Shown here piece after piece: positions 9,443 to 18,451 of a DNA stretch of 53,745 nucleotides (the stretch's first letter is position 1; each line of letters starts with the position of its first letter). The position numbers and the translations under genes are program-made. This stretch comes from a virus (Duplodnaviria; Caudoviricetes): positions 1-53,745 of IMG/VR virus record IMGVR_UViG_3300029258_002378. One strand, given 5' to 3'. The notes under the pieces are model-generated. The model searched no databases. It saw nothing but the letters and a program-made list of their open reading frames with translations, and had not been told where the DNA came from.

Positions 9443-9768
9443 TATGCACTTTGCACAAGTTGAAGTTGACGCTGACGCTGCCCTTTGCGGGGCTTGGCCA
9501 CAATACTAATGTTTTCGAGTAAACCAAAATCATCCATTAGCAGTACAAGTTGTTCGGCGTGTTTCTTGTCTTGTGCAGTAATGCCGTCTCCCTCACAAAG
9601 CTTGAAAAACGAGGACATGGCGTGGATGATTTCATTCTTACGTTGCTGTGGTTTACGCCGATAGTGTATTTGGCGATCGTGCGCTTTAACTCGGGTTTTC
9701 TTCTTCAGTTTGCGTTTCGTGAGTTGGAATCGTTCGTAGAACGTGAGCGGTGAGTAGTCATTTGCCAT
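9442..9768 (-). CDS. Hypothetical basic protein
   Basis: SD AAGGAA before the ATG; 1-bp overlap with mazG. Confidence 0.65.
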   Translation of the reverse strand: MANDYSPLTFYERFQLTKRKLKKKTRVKAHDRQIHYRRKPQQRKNEIIHAMSSFFKLCEGDGITAQDKKHAEQLVLLMDDFGLLENISIVAKPRKGQRQRQLQLVQSA

Positions 9769-10073
9769 TTGTTTGACCGTTCCTTTCTTTTCCTTGATAT
9801 AACGCGAAGCATTTTCTTGCCGTCAATACCCATTACTTGTTCGAGTGCTCGGACGAGATCGGGGAATTCGTGGGGGTGCATATAGACTACGTGTTGTATC
9901 GCTTCGCACAACTGGGAGCGTGCTACGAAATTCATCTTGAGTTCGTCGATCTCAACAAGTTCCCATATGGCGTAATACAGCTGGTTCATGCCCCTGTAAT
10001 GCAGCTCTAGTCGCCTTTCGTAATCGATGGGGGAGAATTGTCGTGAGACTCGATGGAGGATTCGTGCTGACAT
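9705..10073 (-). CDS. Hypothetical protein
   Basis: SD AAGGA before the ATG; co-directional in the operon. Confidence 0.6.
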   Translation of the reverse strand: MSARILHRVSRQFSPIDYERRLELHYRGMNQLYYAIWELVEIDELKMNFVARSQLCEAIQHVVYMHPHEFPDLVRALEQVMGIDGKKMLRVISRKRKERSNKWQMTTHRSRSTNDSNSRNAN

Positions 10074-10414
10074 GGTTTTCCTTTTTTCGTTGGGGTGTAA
10101 GGGTACGATGATCGTGAATCACGAGACGAGCAATACCATGTATACGTTGCATCCACGAATAACTCAAAGAATCGCTTATCACAGCCGATCCCCGAATCGT
10201 TGAGAAAATTAGCCCACGCCGCTCGAATAGCTCCGTATTTTTCGGGCGCAGGAACAGCACCCATATTTACTTCGGTAATGACCTCACGATCATTAAGCTC
10301 GAATGTGAGGTACCACTCAAGTTTGTTATGGTCGGGTACAGAAACGATGATGGTGTCATCACCGTAATTAAAAGTCAGATCCGTTCCGATGAGTTTTGCT
10401 GTTGTTGTGGGCAT
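10007..10414 (-). CDS. Hypothetical protein
   Basis: ORF 10007..10450 with probable start MPTTT after GGGG; co-directional. Confidence 0.5.
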   Translation of the reverse strand: MPTTTAKLIGTDLTFNYGDDTIIVSVPDHNKLEWYLTFELNDREVITEVNMGAVPAPEKYGAIRAAWANFLNDSGIGCDKRFFELFVDATYTWYCSSRDSRSSYPYTPTKKGKPCQHESSIESHDNSPPSITKGD

Positions 10415-10746
10415 TGTTTTTTCCCCAGCACAAATTGTGCTCGTTTCCATCCTAGTATGTAGTCGTCCATTGCCTGTGTGCCTTGTTGTGTTACCTTCAT
10501 CATCCTTTCAATTTGCTTGATACGTAATCGAAGCTGTTGCTCGGAGAGTTGGTCGAATTTACATAATCTCCCCGATGGTCCAAACTCCTTGAGTTCCTCT
10601 TGTGTTACGGGGAACGAAAGAAAACGTGCTTGAGCATCATTCGCCTTGTAAGTATGGAGGTTAATCTGGGTCACTATCTGATTCCGTTTCTGCCCGCAAG
10701 GTATGATGAGCATACAGAGACTGAACTCGTTTGTGGAGTTCGTCAC
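10375..10746 (-). CDS. Hypothetical protein (start uncertain)
   Basis: Co-directional ORF tiling the operon. Confidence 0.45.
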   Translation of the reverse strand: MTNSTNEFSLCMLIIPCGQKRNQIVTQINLHTYKANDAQARFLSFPVTQEELKEFGPSGRLCKFDQLSEQQLRLRIKQIERMMKVTQQGTQAMDDYILGWKRAQFVLGKKQCPQQQQNSSERI

Positions 10747-11086
10747 TGATAGCGCCGAGTAGAAAAAGCATCATTTCAGTTTCGTCCTCGACGAATTCCT
10801 CCAGGTTGTTCATGTGGAGCACTGCGGGGATCATAAACGTCATAACGCCACCAAATATGTCGATCGTTTCCTTCTCAGTGCTGGTAAACTTTGGCTGCTT
10901 TGCAAGTTCAGTACATTGAAACAAGTAGGTAGCCGAGTCGCATGTATTTTCCAGTATCTTGGCGAAATTTGGGTTCTTGGCATTGCGGAATACGCCATTC
11001 CGTTTTACTACTTGTTTAAGCCTTTGAACTTCTTTGATTGTATACGTTGATTGAGCACTTCGGGGGATTGACGCCCAATAGGACAT
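10661..11086 (-). CDS. Hypothetical protein
   Basis: SD AAGGTGA before ATG 11086. Confidence 0.65.
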   Translation of the reverse strand: MSYWASIPRSAQSTYTIKEVQRLKQVVKRNGVFRNAKNPNFAKILENTCDSATYLFQCTELAKQPKFTSTEKETIDIFGGVMTFMIPAVLHMNNLEEFVEDETEMMLFLLGAISDELHKRVQSLYAHHTLRAETESDSDPD

Positions 11087-11182
11087 AATTAGTCACCTTA
11101 TTTGCCATGAAGTAGGAGCGGGTAGCGTCGTACCAATCACAGAATGGGCAGTTTGGAATGCTGAGCCCGCAGTTACTTTCCA

Positions 11183-11470
11183 TCATTTACCTTCTCCCTT
11201 GCCGGCGGCAGCGGCTCGATGCTTTCCGAGCATGTCGCTCTCTTCGCAGGCCCACCAGTACACATGCCGGCCTTTCGACCATGCGAGGCGATCAAAGCAA
11301 TCCGGACAGAGCACGGTGTTCGGTTGCCCGGTTACATCGTTCCATAGCTGATCTGGAGCGGTCCAGGCGATAGGTTGGCGTCGTCCGCACCGATGGCAGT
11401 ATTCCGCAATCAGCCTGTGATGAGCGAGCCATTGTTTCCATCGCACGCGAAACCACGAGAGTAGCTTCAT
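11183..11470 (-). CDS. Small Cys-rich (CxxC...CxxC) hypothetical protein
   Basis: CHRC and CPDC pairs; SD GAGG; ATGA overlap with the upstream gene. Confidence 0.65.
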   Translation of the reverse strand: MKLLSWFRVRWKQWLAHHRLIAEYCHRCGRRQPIAWTAPDQLWNDVTGQPNTVLCPDCFDRLAWSKGRHVYWWACEESDMLGKHRAAAAGKGEGK

Positions 11471-11769
11471 TCCTCACCCCCTCCACCGCCAGTGGCGGCA
11501 CGGGAATACGCCTTGATGCGCTCCGCGTCGGCCGCCATTTGCGTGGCATATTCCAGCGCGAACCGCAACCGTTCGACCTCGGCTTCGAGGGCGGTGATGC
11601 GGTCTACAAAGCCATTGATCCAATTCGCCACATTGACAGCAGACGGTCCTGAATACCCACTGGTGATAATTGTGTCCCCAATGGCAACCGCTGCGGGACC
11701 GAGGATCACTCCCCCGTTGACAGCAAACGACATTTGGGGGAAGGTAACGTAGGCTCGATGGGGGGTCAT
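11467..11769 (-). CDS. Hypothetical protein
   Basis: ATGA overlaps at both ends; SD GGAG; short coiled coil RITALEAEVERLR. Confidence 0.65.
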   Translation of the reverse strand: MTPHRAYVTFPQMSFAVNGGVILGPAAVAIGDTIITSGYSGPSAVNVANWINGFVDRITALEAEVERLRFALEYATQMAADAERIKAYSRAATGGGGGEE

Positions 11770-12020
11770 GGCTGAGTCTCCACATTAATCACCCCCTCCA
11801 CGCCTGAACGCCTGAACGCCTCCTCGGCGGACACGGGCGGAAGGCGTACCGGGGCAGAGTAAGCATTGCGATAGAACAGTGATATCGGAGCGGCCCGTTC
11901 GAACCTCCGACAACTACGTGGGGTGTCTGCGGGCCACCAAAGAGCACAGCCGAACTGGTGCCCCTCGTTGTCGCGGACCATGTGACGGCACTCTTTGCAA
12001 AGATGGCAGCCGTAGCTCAT
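11766..12020 (-). CDS. Small Cys-rich hypothetical protein
   Basis: SD GGAGGGGGTG; CKECRH...C...C pattern. Confidence 0.6.
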   Translation of the reverse strand: MSYGCHLCKECRHMVRDNEGHQFGCALWWPADTPRSCRRFERAAPISLFYRNAYSAPVRLPPVSAEEAFRRSGVEGVINVETQP

Positions 12021-12510
12021 CGTTCACCCCCTCCCCCACCGGCGGCAGGGTCATCGACGATCTCCTTTGTTGAGTCAAAGTACACTTCAAATCTACCGTC
12101 AGCATAAAGAAATTGGGTTTGAATCAAGTTACTTGGATTAGGCATAATGCGTAGCATGGTTTGTCTTTTCGTTTTGTCGACTAAAAATGATCGCATTAGG
12201 GATATCCTTATAAGGGGATATACGATCGATTAAAAGCATCGATCATCATATGTGATATGGTACCATTTAGCAGCTCCCAAAGTTTAATTTATTTGCGAGT
12301 CTAGTTGTGTTTGCGTGAAATCGAATATACACACAAATCGACAGAAATGCCCTGTTTTATAGGATAAATACCATGCTTAATGAAAAAGTGTGTTATTGCG
12401 TGTTGTTGTGTGTTATTCTGTTGTTCATGTCTATAAAATAAACGTATAATATAATATAAAACGGCTAAGAAAGCGCATTAACGGGGGGATAAGCGGGGGA
12501 AGTTGAGTAT

Positions 12511-12663
12511 CAAAGTTTATTATTGGACTAATTAGATCGTAAATTTATTTAGATACTTGATCTAAAAGCGTAAACTAACAGTGCGGGGTGTTGTGTTTTT
12601 TTCCATCATTAGATCGAGTATCGAAATAATTTTCTAATCTAATCAGTAGAATAATAAACTTTG
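12511..12663. repeat. Imperfect 55-bp inverted repeat with 43-bp spacer in the AT-rich strand-switch region
   Basis: 12511-12565 versus the reverse complement of 12609-12663: 46 of 55 positions match by manual alignment. Confidence 0.9.
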
Positions 12664-12758
12664 GGTGATCAATGACGGGAGTTTAAAAACGAATTTGAAT
12701 GGACTTTATTCGTTGTAATTGTGGCTGCTGTATGAGTATACGTTGTGTAAAATATGGG

Positions 12759-13256
12759 ATGGTAACTAAAGTGATGACAATTGATCCTGGACTTACGGAG
12801 TGTGGATGGGCCGTTTTCGACATTGACCACGAACGCCAACAAGGAATACTTAAAGACTGCGGCGTTATTCGATGTCGAATCGGTGACTGGGTTATGCGGC
12901 TTGATTTCGTTGTTGACCAAGTCGCGGATTTGTTGGATTCATGCAGGACTGAGCGTGTTGTGATTGAATTGCCTCATACGTATGCAGCTGGGAAAGGAAC
13001 AGTGGCACGAAATTCGGGGGCAATTATGAAACTTGGTGCGCTTGTCTTTTCTATTCGCAGCACTGCTTTGATGGAGGGCGTTGATGTAACGCTTGTATCT
13101 GTGGCGAAGTGGAAGGGGAATTTGCCAAAAAAGATTACGCAGAAGCGTATCCGAACGCGGTGGGGATGGGAAGGAAAAAATCATAATGAAGCAGATGCTG
13201 TTGGTATTGGCGATTGGTATATTCGTAAATCGCTACGTTTTACCCCAGGAAAATAA
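12759..13256 (+). CDS. ruvC: RuvC-like Holliday junction resolvase
   Basis: TIDPGLTECGWAV, VVIE and HNEADAVGI catalytic motifs. Confidence 0.88.
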   Translation: MVTKVMTIDPGLTECGWAVFDIDHERQQGILKDCGVIRCRIGDWVMRLDFVVDQVADLLDSCRTERVVIELPHTYAAGKGTVARNSGAIMKLGALVFSIRSTALMEGVDVTLVSVAKWKGNLPKKITQKRIRTRWGWEGKNHNEADAVGIGDWYIRKSLRFTPGK

Positions 13257-13335
13257 TCCGTGAAAAAATGCTGACAGCCCGGTGGATTTCCTCCACAATC
13301 ACAGCGTATTGTTCCTTCGTGTGCATGAGGCCTCT

Positions 13336-13851
13336 ATGCCTGGTCGAAACATTGGACCAAGATCGAAAGCGGGTAAGTCGCGTCAAAAACCGATGCGAAA
13401 TGGCCGTAGTAATGGACGCACCGTATTCACTCCTCTTGTGATTGAATACGTGGCTTTTCGTATGGTTTGCCGAGAACGAAAACATAAGATCGTGGCATCA
13501 GTTTGTCGTATATTACGACGTAAAAAGATGAACGCCGGCCAGATGGAGCGGATGTTTCGTGAAGCAAGGCAACTGTTGCAGACACGCCTCGATCAAAATC
13601 CGCGACACCATAAAGCAATATCGCTGGCGACATACAACGAAGCAATCCGTCGTGCTTTCAAAGGCGAAGCGGAATTACGCGACGGTTTACGAGCACAGGA
13701 GCGAATTGATGCAATTCTTGGACATGATGCGAAATTCCGTGATATGCAACTTGGAGATGCAGAACGTGCTCGAATGTGGAATGAATATATTGCTGAAACC
13801 GATGCACTAATGGGCAGCATTGATGATGGAATTGAACCAGAGGAGGGTTGA
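13336..13851 (+). CDS. Probable terminase small subunit
   Basis: Immediately upstream of TerL; basic N-terminus and helical LRAQERIDAILG segment. Confidence 0.6.
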   Translation: MPGRNIGPRSKAGKSRQKPMRNGRSNGRTVFTPLVIEYVAFRMVCRERKHKIVASVCRILRRKKMNAGQMERMFREARQLLQTRLDQNPRHHKAISLATYNEAIRRAFKGEAELRDGLRAQERIDAILGHDAKFRDMQLGDAERARMWNEYIAETDALMGSIDDGIEPEEG

Positions 13852-13863
13852 CTTATTGTCGCC

Positions 13864-15177
13864 GTGTTAACACCACGATGGACGCCAATGCGTCTGCATC
13901 CAAAGCAGCGTGCATTTTATCGATCTCAAACTCGGTATGATGTCGCTCCGTGTGGACGTCGTTCTGGTAAGACGGAAATCGTTAAGCGAAAGATGGTTCG
14001 TCGTGCAATGATGCGGCAACGTTTTCTTGATCCGTGGTATTTGTTGACGGCACCAACACACGATCAAGCAATCCGTCTCTATTGGCGTGATGTCAAGAAT
14101 TTGATCCCCCGATGGGCGGTCGATCATATCAGCGAATCTCGACATACTGTCCGTCTGTTGAACGGCTCAGAAATATCAGTGATGGGGCTAGACAAGCCCG
14201 AACGTGCAGAGGGGCGTCCCATCGACGGCATCGGTCTTGATGAGTTCGGCAATATGAAGGCGTCCGTATGGGAGGAGCATATTCGTCCGGGACTTGTCGA
14301 TCATCAAGGATGGGCGATTATCTTTGGAGTTCCTGAGGGGAGAAACCATTATCATACGTTGTACGAGACAGCAAGTGCTGATGATTCGGGATACTGGTCA
14401 GTGCATCACTGGACAACTGAGGAGATATTGCACTTGTATCTAGGTGAACATGCTGCTAATGCCGAAATTGAGGCAGCAAAGCGTGACATGGATACTATGA
14501 CGTATGACCAAGAATTCCGGGCGTCATTCGTTGTATTTGAGGGGCAGATTTACTACAACTTTAATCGAGAAGTTCACGCTTGTAGCAAAATTCCGTATCT
14601 AAAGCATGCACCACTCATTATATGCCTTGACTTCAACCGGGCTCCAGGTGTAGCGTTGATTGTGCAGGAGATAGGAGAACAATCATGTATCCTTGATGAA
14701 GTCTATATTCCTCGTAATTCAAACACGGTAGCAGTGTGTAGAGCAATCATCGAGCGATACGGCAAACATAAGGGGCATATCTATGTTTATGGTGATGCCA
14801 CGGGGGGCGCTCAACACAGTTCATCAACTGAAGGATCTGATTGGAATATTGTAGAACGTATGCTACATCGTCACTTTGGGATTGATCGAGTTCATTTTCG
14901 TGTGCCGCATTCTAATCCTTCAGAACGTGCTCGTGTTAACTCAGTAAATTCACATTTTAAATCAGTGGATGGTTACATCGGTGTCCGTGTGGACAAGCGT
15001 TGTATTCATACTATCCGGGATTTTGAGGGTGTCCGGGCATTAGAAGGAGGATCGGGCGAAATCGATAAGAAGCGGGATAAGAAATTGACACACTTGTCCG
15101 ATGCTTGGGGATATTACTGTGCTCAAGAGTATCCTGTAAGCGGCGGACGTAAGTTAACCATCGAGGAAGTAGCATGA
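13864..15177 (+). CDS. terL: Terminase large subunit
   Basis: Walker A GRRSGKT, Walker B IGLDE, PEGRN coupling motif, nuclease motifs CLDFN and HLSDAWGY. Confidence 0.95.
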   Translation: MLTPRWTPMRLHPKQRAFYRSQTRYDVAPCGRRSGKTEIVKRKMVRRAMMRQRFLDPWYLLTAPTHDQAIRLYWRDVKNLIPRWAVDHISESRHTVRLLNGSEISVMGLDKPERAEGRPIDGIGLDEFGNMKASVWEEHIRPGLVDHQGWAIIFGVPEGRNHYHTLYETASADDSGYWSVHHWTTEEILHLYLGEHAANAEIEAAKRDMDTMTYDQEFRASFVVFEGQIYYNFNREVHACSKIPYLKHAPLIICLDFNRAPGVALIVQEIGEQSCILDEVYIPRNSNTVAVCRAIIERYGKHKGHIYVYGDATGGAQHSSSTEGSDWNIVERMLHRHFGIDRVHFRVPHSNPSERARVNSVNSHFKSVDGYIGVRVDKRCIHTIRDFEGVRALEGGSGEIDKKRDKKLTHLSDAWGYYCAQEYPVSGGRKLTIEEVA

Positions 15178-16025
15178 CGGCAGCTCCAATTTTATTGTCC
15201 ACAACCGTATTTAATCAGACTTCAGCAGAGGGGGAACAGCGTATTCGGTCGCTTGGATTTTCACGGCAGCGATTCATTACTGAGCACACATACATTGCTC
15301 AGGTATGGAAGGATCAGTTCGGTCCAGGTGATGAATGGAAAAAGAAACTGGCGGAAATTCCGAAACCACAGCGCCTTGATGAAGTTGTGCTCGACTATTC
15401 ACTGATTGCGGATGAGATGATGGCAATTCCGCCCATGGACAAGCTCGGAAATGATGAAGACGAAGATCACGTCGTTTGCCTGAATTATGAGGATTGCCAT
15501 GCATTATTGGATTGGCAAGCGAAAGATGATGATAAACGGCGGTATGCATTGGGTATGCATGCTGGCGTAGTTGGGACAGCGCAAGCGTACTTGACGCCAT
15601 CTCGTATTTTTGGGACATGGGGAACAGCGAAATGTAGACGGGGGGGAAAGCATACTATTTCGTCGTGGCGAAATGTGGCGGCGAGAATGTGTCAATGCGC
15701 TCATATATCTGGTTATTTCAACAACCATAATGTCGAAGAATGGTCGTGGCTGAAAGCACAAGTCGCTAATGGGTTGCAGTGGCCATATGTGCGACTTCAT
15801 TTGTATCATCGCTCTCAGAAACATCATATTCTGCTGAATCCCGACATACTCAGTAAACAAGCATCGATGTTCAAACAGATGGTTGGTGAGTTTGGCCATC
15901 CAGATGCAGGCATTGTTTTCTGGGCGATGGACAAGTGGGGAGTTATGAAAGGACAGCCACAGCACGAGATCGATCAAACGTTTTTCGATGCCTGCAAAGC
16001 AATTCGAGATGGCATTACTGGATAA
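15174..16025 (+). CDS. Hypothetical protein
   Basis: 283 aa; ATGA overlap with terL; no family recognised. Confidence 0.75.
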   Translation: MTAAPILLSTTVFNQTSAEGEQRIRSLGFSRQRFITEHTYIAQVWKDQFGPGDEWKKKLAEIPKPQRLDEVVLDYSLIADEMMAIPPMDKLGNDEDEDHVVCLNYEDCHALLDWQAKDDDKRRYALGMHAGVVGTAQAYLTPSRIFGTWGTAKCRRGGKHTISSWRNVAARMCQCAHISGYFNNHNVEEWSWLKAQVANGLQWPYVRLHLYHRSQKHHILLNPDILSKQASMFKQMVGEFGHPDAGIVFWAMDKWGVMKGQPQHEIDQTFFDACKAIRDGITG

Positions 16026-16037
16026 GGAGTTGTATCC

Positions 16038-16829
16038 GTGAATCGAGGACTTGAAACTACATTGCTTGCGTTAGCGCTCGTTATACTGACGGCGCTCATT
16101 CTCATCTTTGCTCCCGACAAACACAAGGAGTGGATGGCAGCCATTCCGATTGTTATCGGTGCTGTACGTTTATTGTTCGCATATGGTGTAACCAAAGATA
16201 CGACACGAGTGGGCAGTTTTTTCTTGGTCGCTGCACTCGGTATTACACTGATCCTTGGCGGGTGTATCGGCACAAGTAAGTTTGAGGCAGAAACAGAGCA
16301 AATTGCGTACGTTATCGATGAAAGCGGTAACGAAGTGGAACAGCGTATCCCCGTAAAAATCAAAGGCGAAGGGGTGCATGCTCCTCACATATACGCGAAC
16401 GAGTGGGGATTGCATATTACACCCGAACCATCGAGCGATACACAGATTACAGCAGAGGAGGGGCTGCTTATTACTGGGGATCGCACTGCCGCCGGCATTG
16501 CTATTATGATGAAGAAGGGGGGTGACGTTGCCATTACATATGGGAGCGATAAGCTAGTCACTATCGGAGAGGCGTCATATGATCCCGTAACTGGCGCGTT
16601 TACACTTACGAATCTTGGCGCTGATCCGACTGCAAAGTTTCAGACGCTTATGGAAATAGCGCTTGCACACTACGATCAAGCGGAACATGCGACTGGAGCT
16701 CAAAAGGAAGCCATGATTGCAATGGGGGATATGCTTACTAAAGTTGCCAAAGCGTATTTGACAGCAGGCATATCTGAACTTGCCCCTAATGAGACTGTCG
16801 TTCAACCGCCGATTGAATCAATCCCATAG
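16038..16829 (+). CDS. Membrane protein: about 3 N-terminal hydrophobic helices, lipobox-like LGGC, soluble C-terminus
   Basis: SD AAGGAG; three hydrophobic stretches in the first ~75 aa. Confidence 0.75.
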   Translation: MNRGLETTLLALALVILTALILIFAPDKHKEWMAAIPIVIGAVRLLFAYGVTKDTTRVGSFFLVAALGITLILGGCIGTSKFEAETEQIAYVIDESGNEVEQRIPVKIKGEGVHAPHIYANEWGLHITPEPSSDTQITAEEGLLITGDRTAAGIAIMMKKGGDVAITYGSDKLVTIGEASYDPVTGAFTLTNLGADPTAKFQTLMEIALAHYDQAEHATGAQKEAMIAMGDMLTKVAKAYLTAGISELAPNETVVQPPIESIP

Positions 16830-16889
16830 AGACCTTTCTCTTCTTTTCCTCCTCAATTGCGCCCCGCCCGATACACAAAGTGGGCGCAG

Positions 16890-16925
16890 TCCCCCAGCCG
16901 TCGGTGGGCGGCTGAGGGGATTTCT
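16890..16925 (+). terminator. GC-rich hairpin, possible weak terminator before portal
   Basis: TCCCC-CAGCCGTC...GGCGGCTG-AGGGGA followed by TTTCT. Confidence 0.4.
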
Positions 16926-16942
16926 CAAATCTGGAGTATCTA

Positions 16943-18448
16943 ATGGCAGTAACTGGGACATTACCGAACGATAGCGATAAAGTCGACGTCCAATCGGTGT
17001 CATATCAAGCAATGTCTGAGAAGTGGAAACCGCTTCATGCATTGCTTGGCGGCACAAATGAAATGCGTGAGCGGAAAGATACGTATTTACCACGGGAGGA
17101 AAAAGAAACAAAGAATCAGTATGATATTCGTGTAGCCCGGTCGTACCTGTTTAATGCATACGGTGACACAGTTGGCAAATTGTCCGATAAACCATTCACA
17201 AAACCAGTAACAATTAGTGGCGCTGAAGGTGTTGACTGGATTGAGGAAATTCAAGCTAATGTGGATGGCGTGGGCACCGAAATATCACAGTTTGGTCGTG
17301 AACTACTTAATGCGTGCTTAGTATACGGCAAAACTCATGTCCTTGTCGATTTTCCCTTTGTCCCGGGGGGGTTGACAATGGCGGAAGAAAAAGAGTTGGG
17401 CGTCCGTCCAACGTTTGTGCACTACACAGCCGTACAATTACTTGGATGGAAAAGCGAAGTTGTCAACGGTAAACGTCGACTTCTGCAAATTCGCTTGTAC
17501 GAGGTGCAAGTTGAACCAAGTGGATTGTACGGTGATTGGGAAGTTGAGTATATCCGTGTATTTAATGCGCCAGGCACTATTACTGAAGATAACCCAGACG
17601 GCAAAGGTACATGGGAGTTGTGGCGAAAGACACCAAATGATGATGAGTTTAAACAAGACAAGGTTGGTACTCACACATTCGGCGAAATCCCGTTCATTAC
17701 AATCTACGCTGAAAAGACGGGATTTATGACGGCGGAACCCCCGCTGTACAACCTCGCTCAACTGAATATTGCTCATTTCCAATCGTACTCTGATTATCGT
17801 CATGCACTTCGTTTCCAATCGTTTGGGATGGTATTTATTTCAGGTATCACCCAGGAAGAGGCAGATGATGTTACGGCTGTCGGACCAAACCGTCTGATTC
17901 ATGCAAAAAATCCTGAAGCAAAAGCAAGCGTTATCGAACATCAGGGAAAAGCACTCGCTGCTGCTCGCGAGCATTTGAAAATGCTTGAAGAATTGATGCA
18001 GGTGCTTGGATTACAGCCCCTTATGCAAAAATCGAGCAGTACGGCGACAGGTGAGGCAATACGTGAAGGGAAAAACAATGCATCAATCCAGACGTGGATT
18101 CGTGCAATCGAAGCGGGCATTTATGCGTGCTACGAATTCGCAGCAAAATGGGGAAAACAAGAACTGCCCTCTGATTTCGGAGTTGACATCTTTAGTGATT
18201 TTGCCTTGTCATACGCTGCCACTAAAGATATTGAACTGCTATTAAAAGCAAGGGAAAAGGGCGAAATCTCGCGTGAGACGTTCCTGTACGAACTCAAACG
18301 TCGTGCTATGCTTGATGAAGCAACGGACATCGATGAAGAGATGGAACGTATCGATCAAGAGGGGCCAAAATTATTTGAAATTGGTCTTGGAGATAGTGGG
18401 GAAGATATGGGCGGGGATAAAGATGGAGACGAGGAAGACGAGGAGTAA
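16943..18448 (+). CDS. Portal protein (DUF4055-like)
   Basis: YLPRE..E....Y..R N-terminus, PPLYNLAQLNIAHFQ motif, acidic tail; lies after terminase. Confidence 0.9.
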   Translation: MAVTGTLPNDSDKVDVQSVSYQAMSEKWKPLHALLGGTNEMRERKDTYLPREEKETKNQYDIRVARSYLFNAYGDTVGKLSDKPFTKPVTISGAEGVDWIEEIQANVDGVGTEISQFGRELLNACLVYGKTHVLVDFPFVPGGLTMAEEKELGVRPTFVHYTAVQLLGWKSEVVNGKRRLLQIRLYEVQVEPSGLYGDWEVEYIRVFNAPGTITEDNPDGKGTWELWRKTPNDDEFKQDKVGTHTFGEIPFITIYAEKTGFMTAEPPLYNLAQLNIAHFQSYSDYRHALRFQSFGMVFISGITQEEADDVTAVGPNRLIHAKNPEAKASVIEHQGKALAAAREHLKMLEELMQVLGLQPLMQKSSSTATGEAIREGKNNASIQTWIRAIEAGIYACYEFAAKWGKQELPSDFGVDIFSDFALSYAATKDIELLLKAREKGEISRETFLYELKRRAMLDEATDIDEEMERIDQEGPKLFEIGLGDSGEDMGGDKDGDEEDEE

Positions 18449-18451
18449 ATC

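Noticed and set aside
12759-13256. RuvC-fold gene as TnpB/Cas12 or a transposase
   Set aside because: It is about 165 aa with only resolvase motifs and sits next to terminase, as expected for a packaging-linked resolvase.
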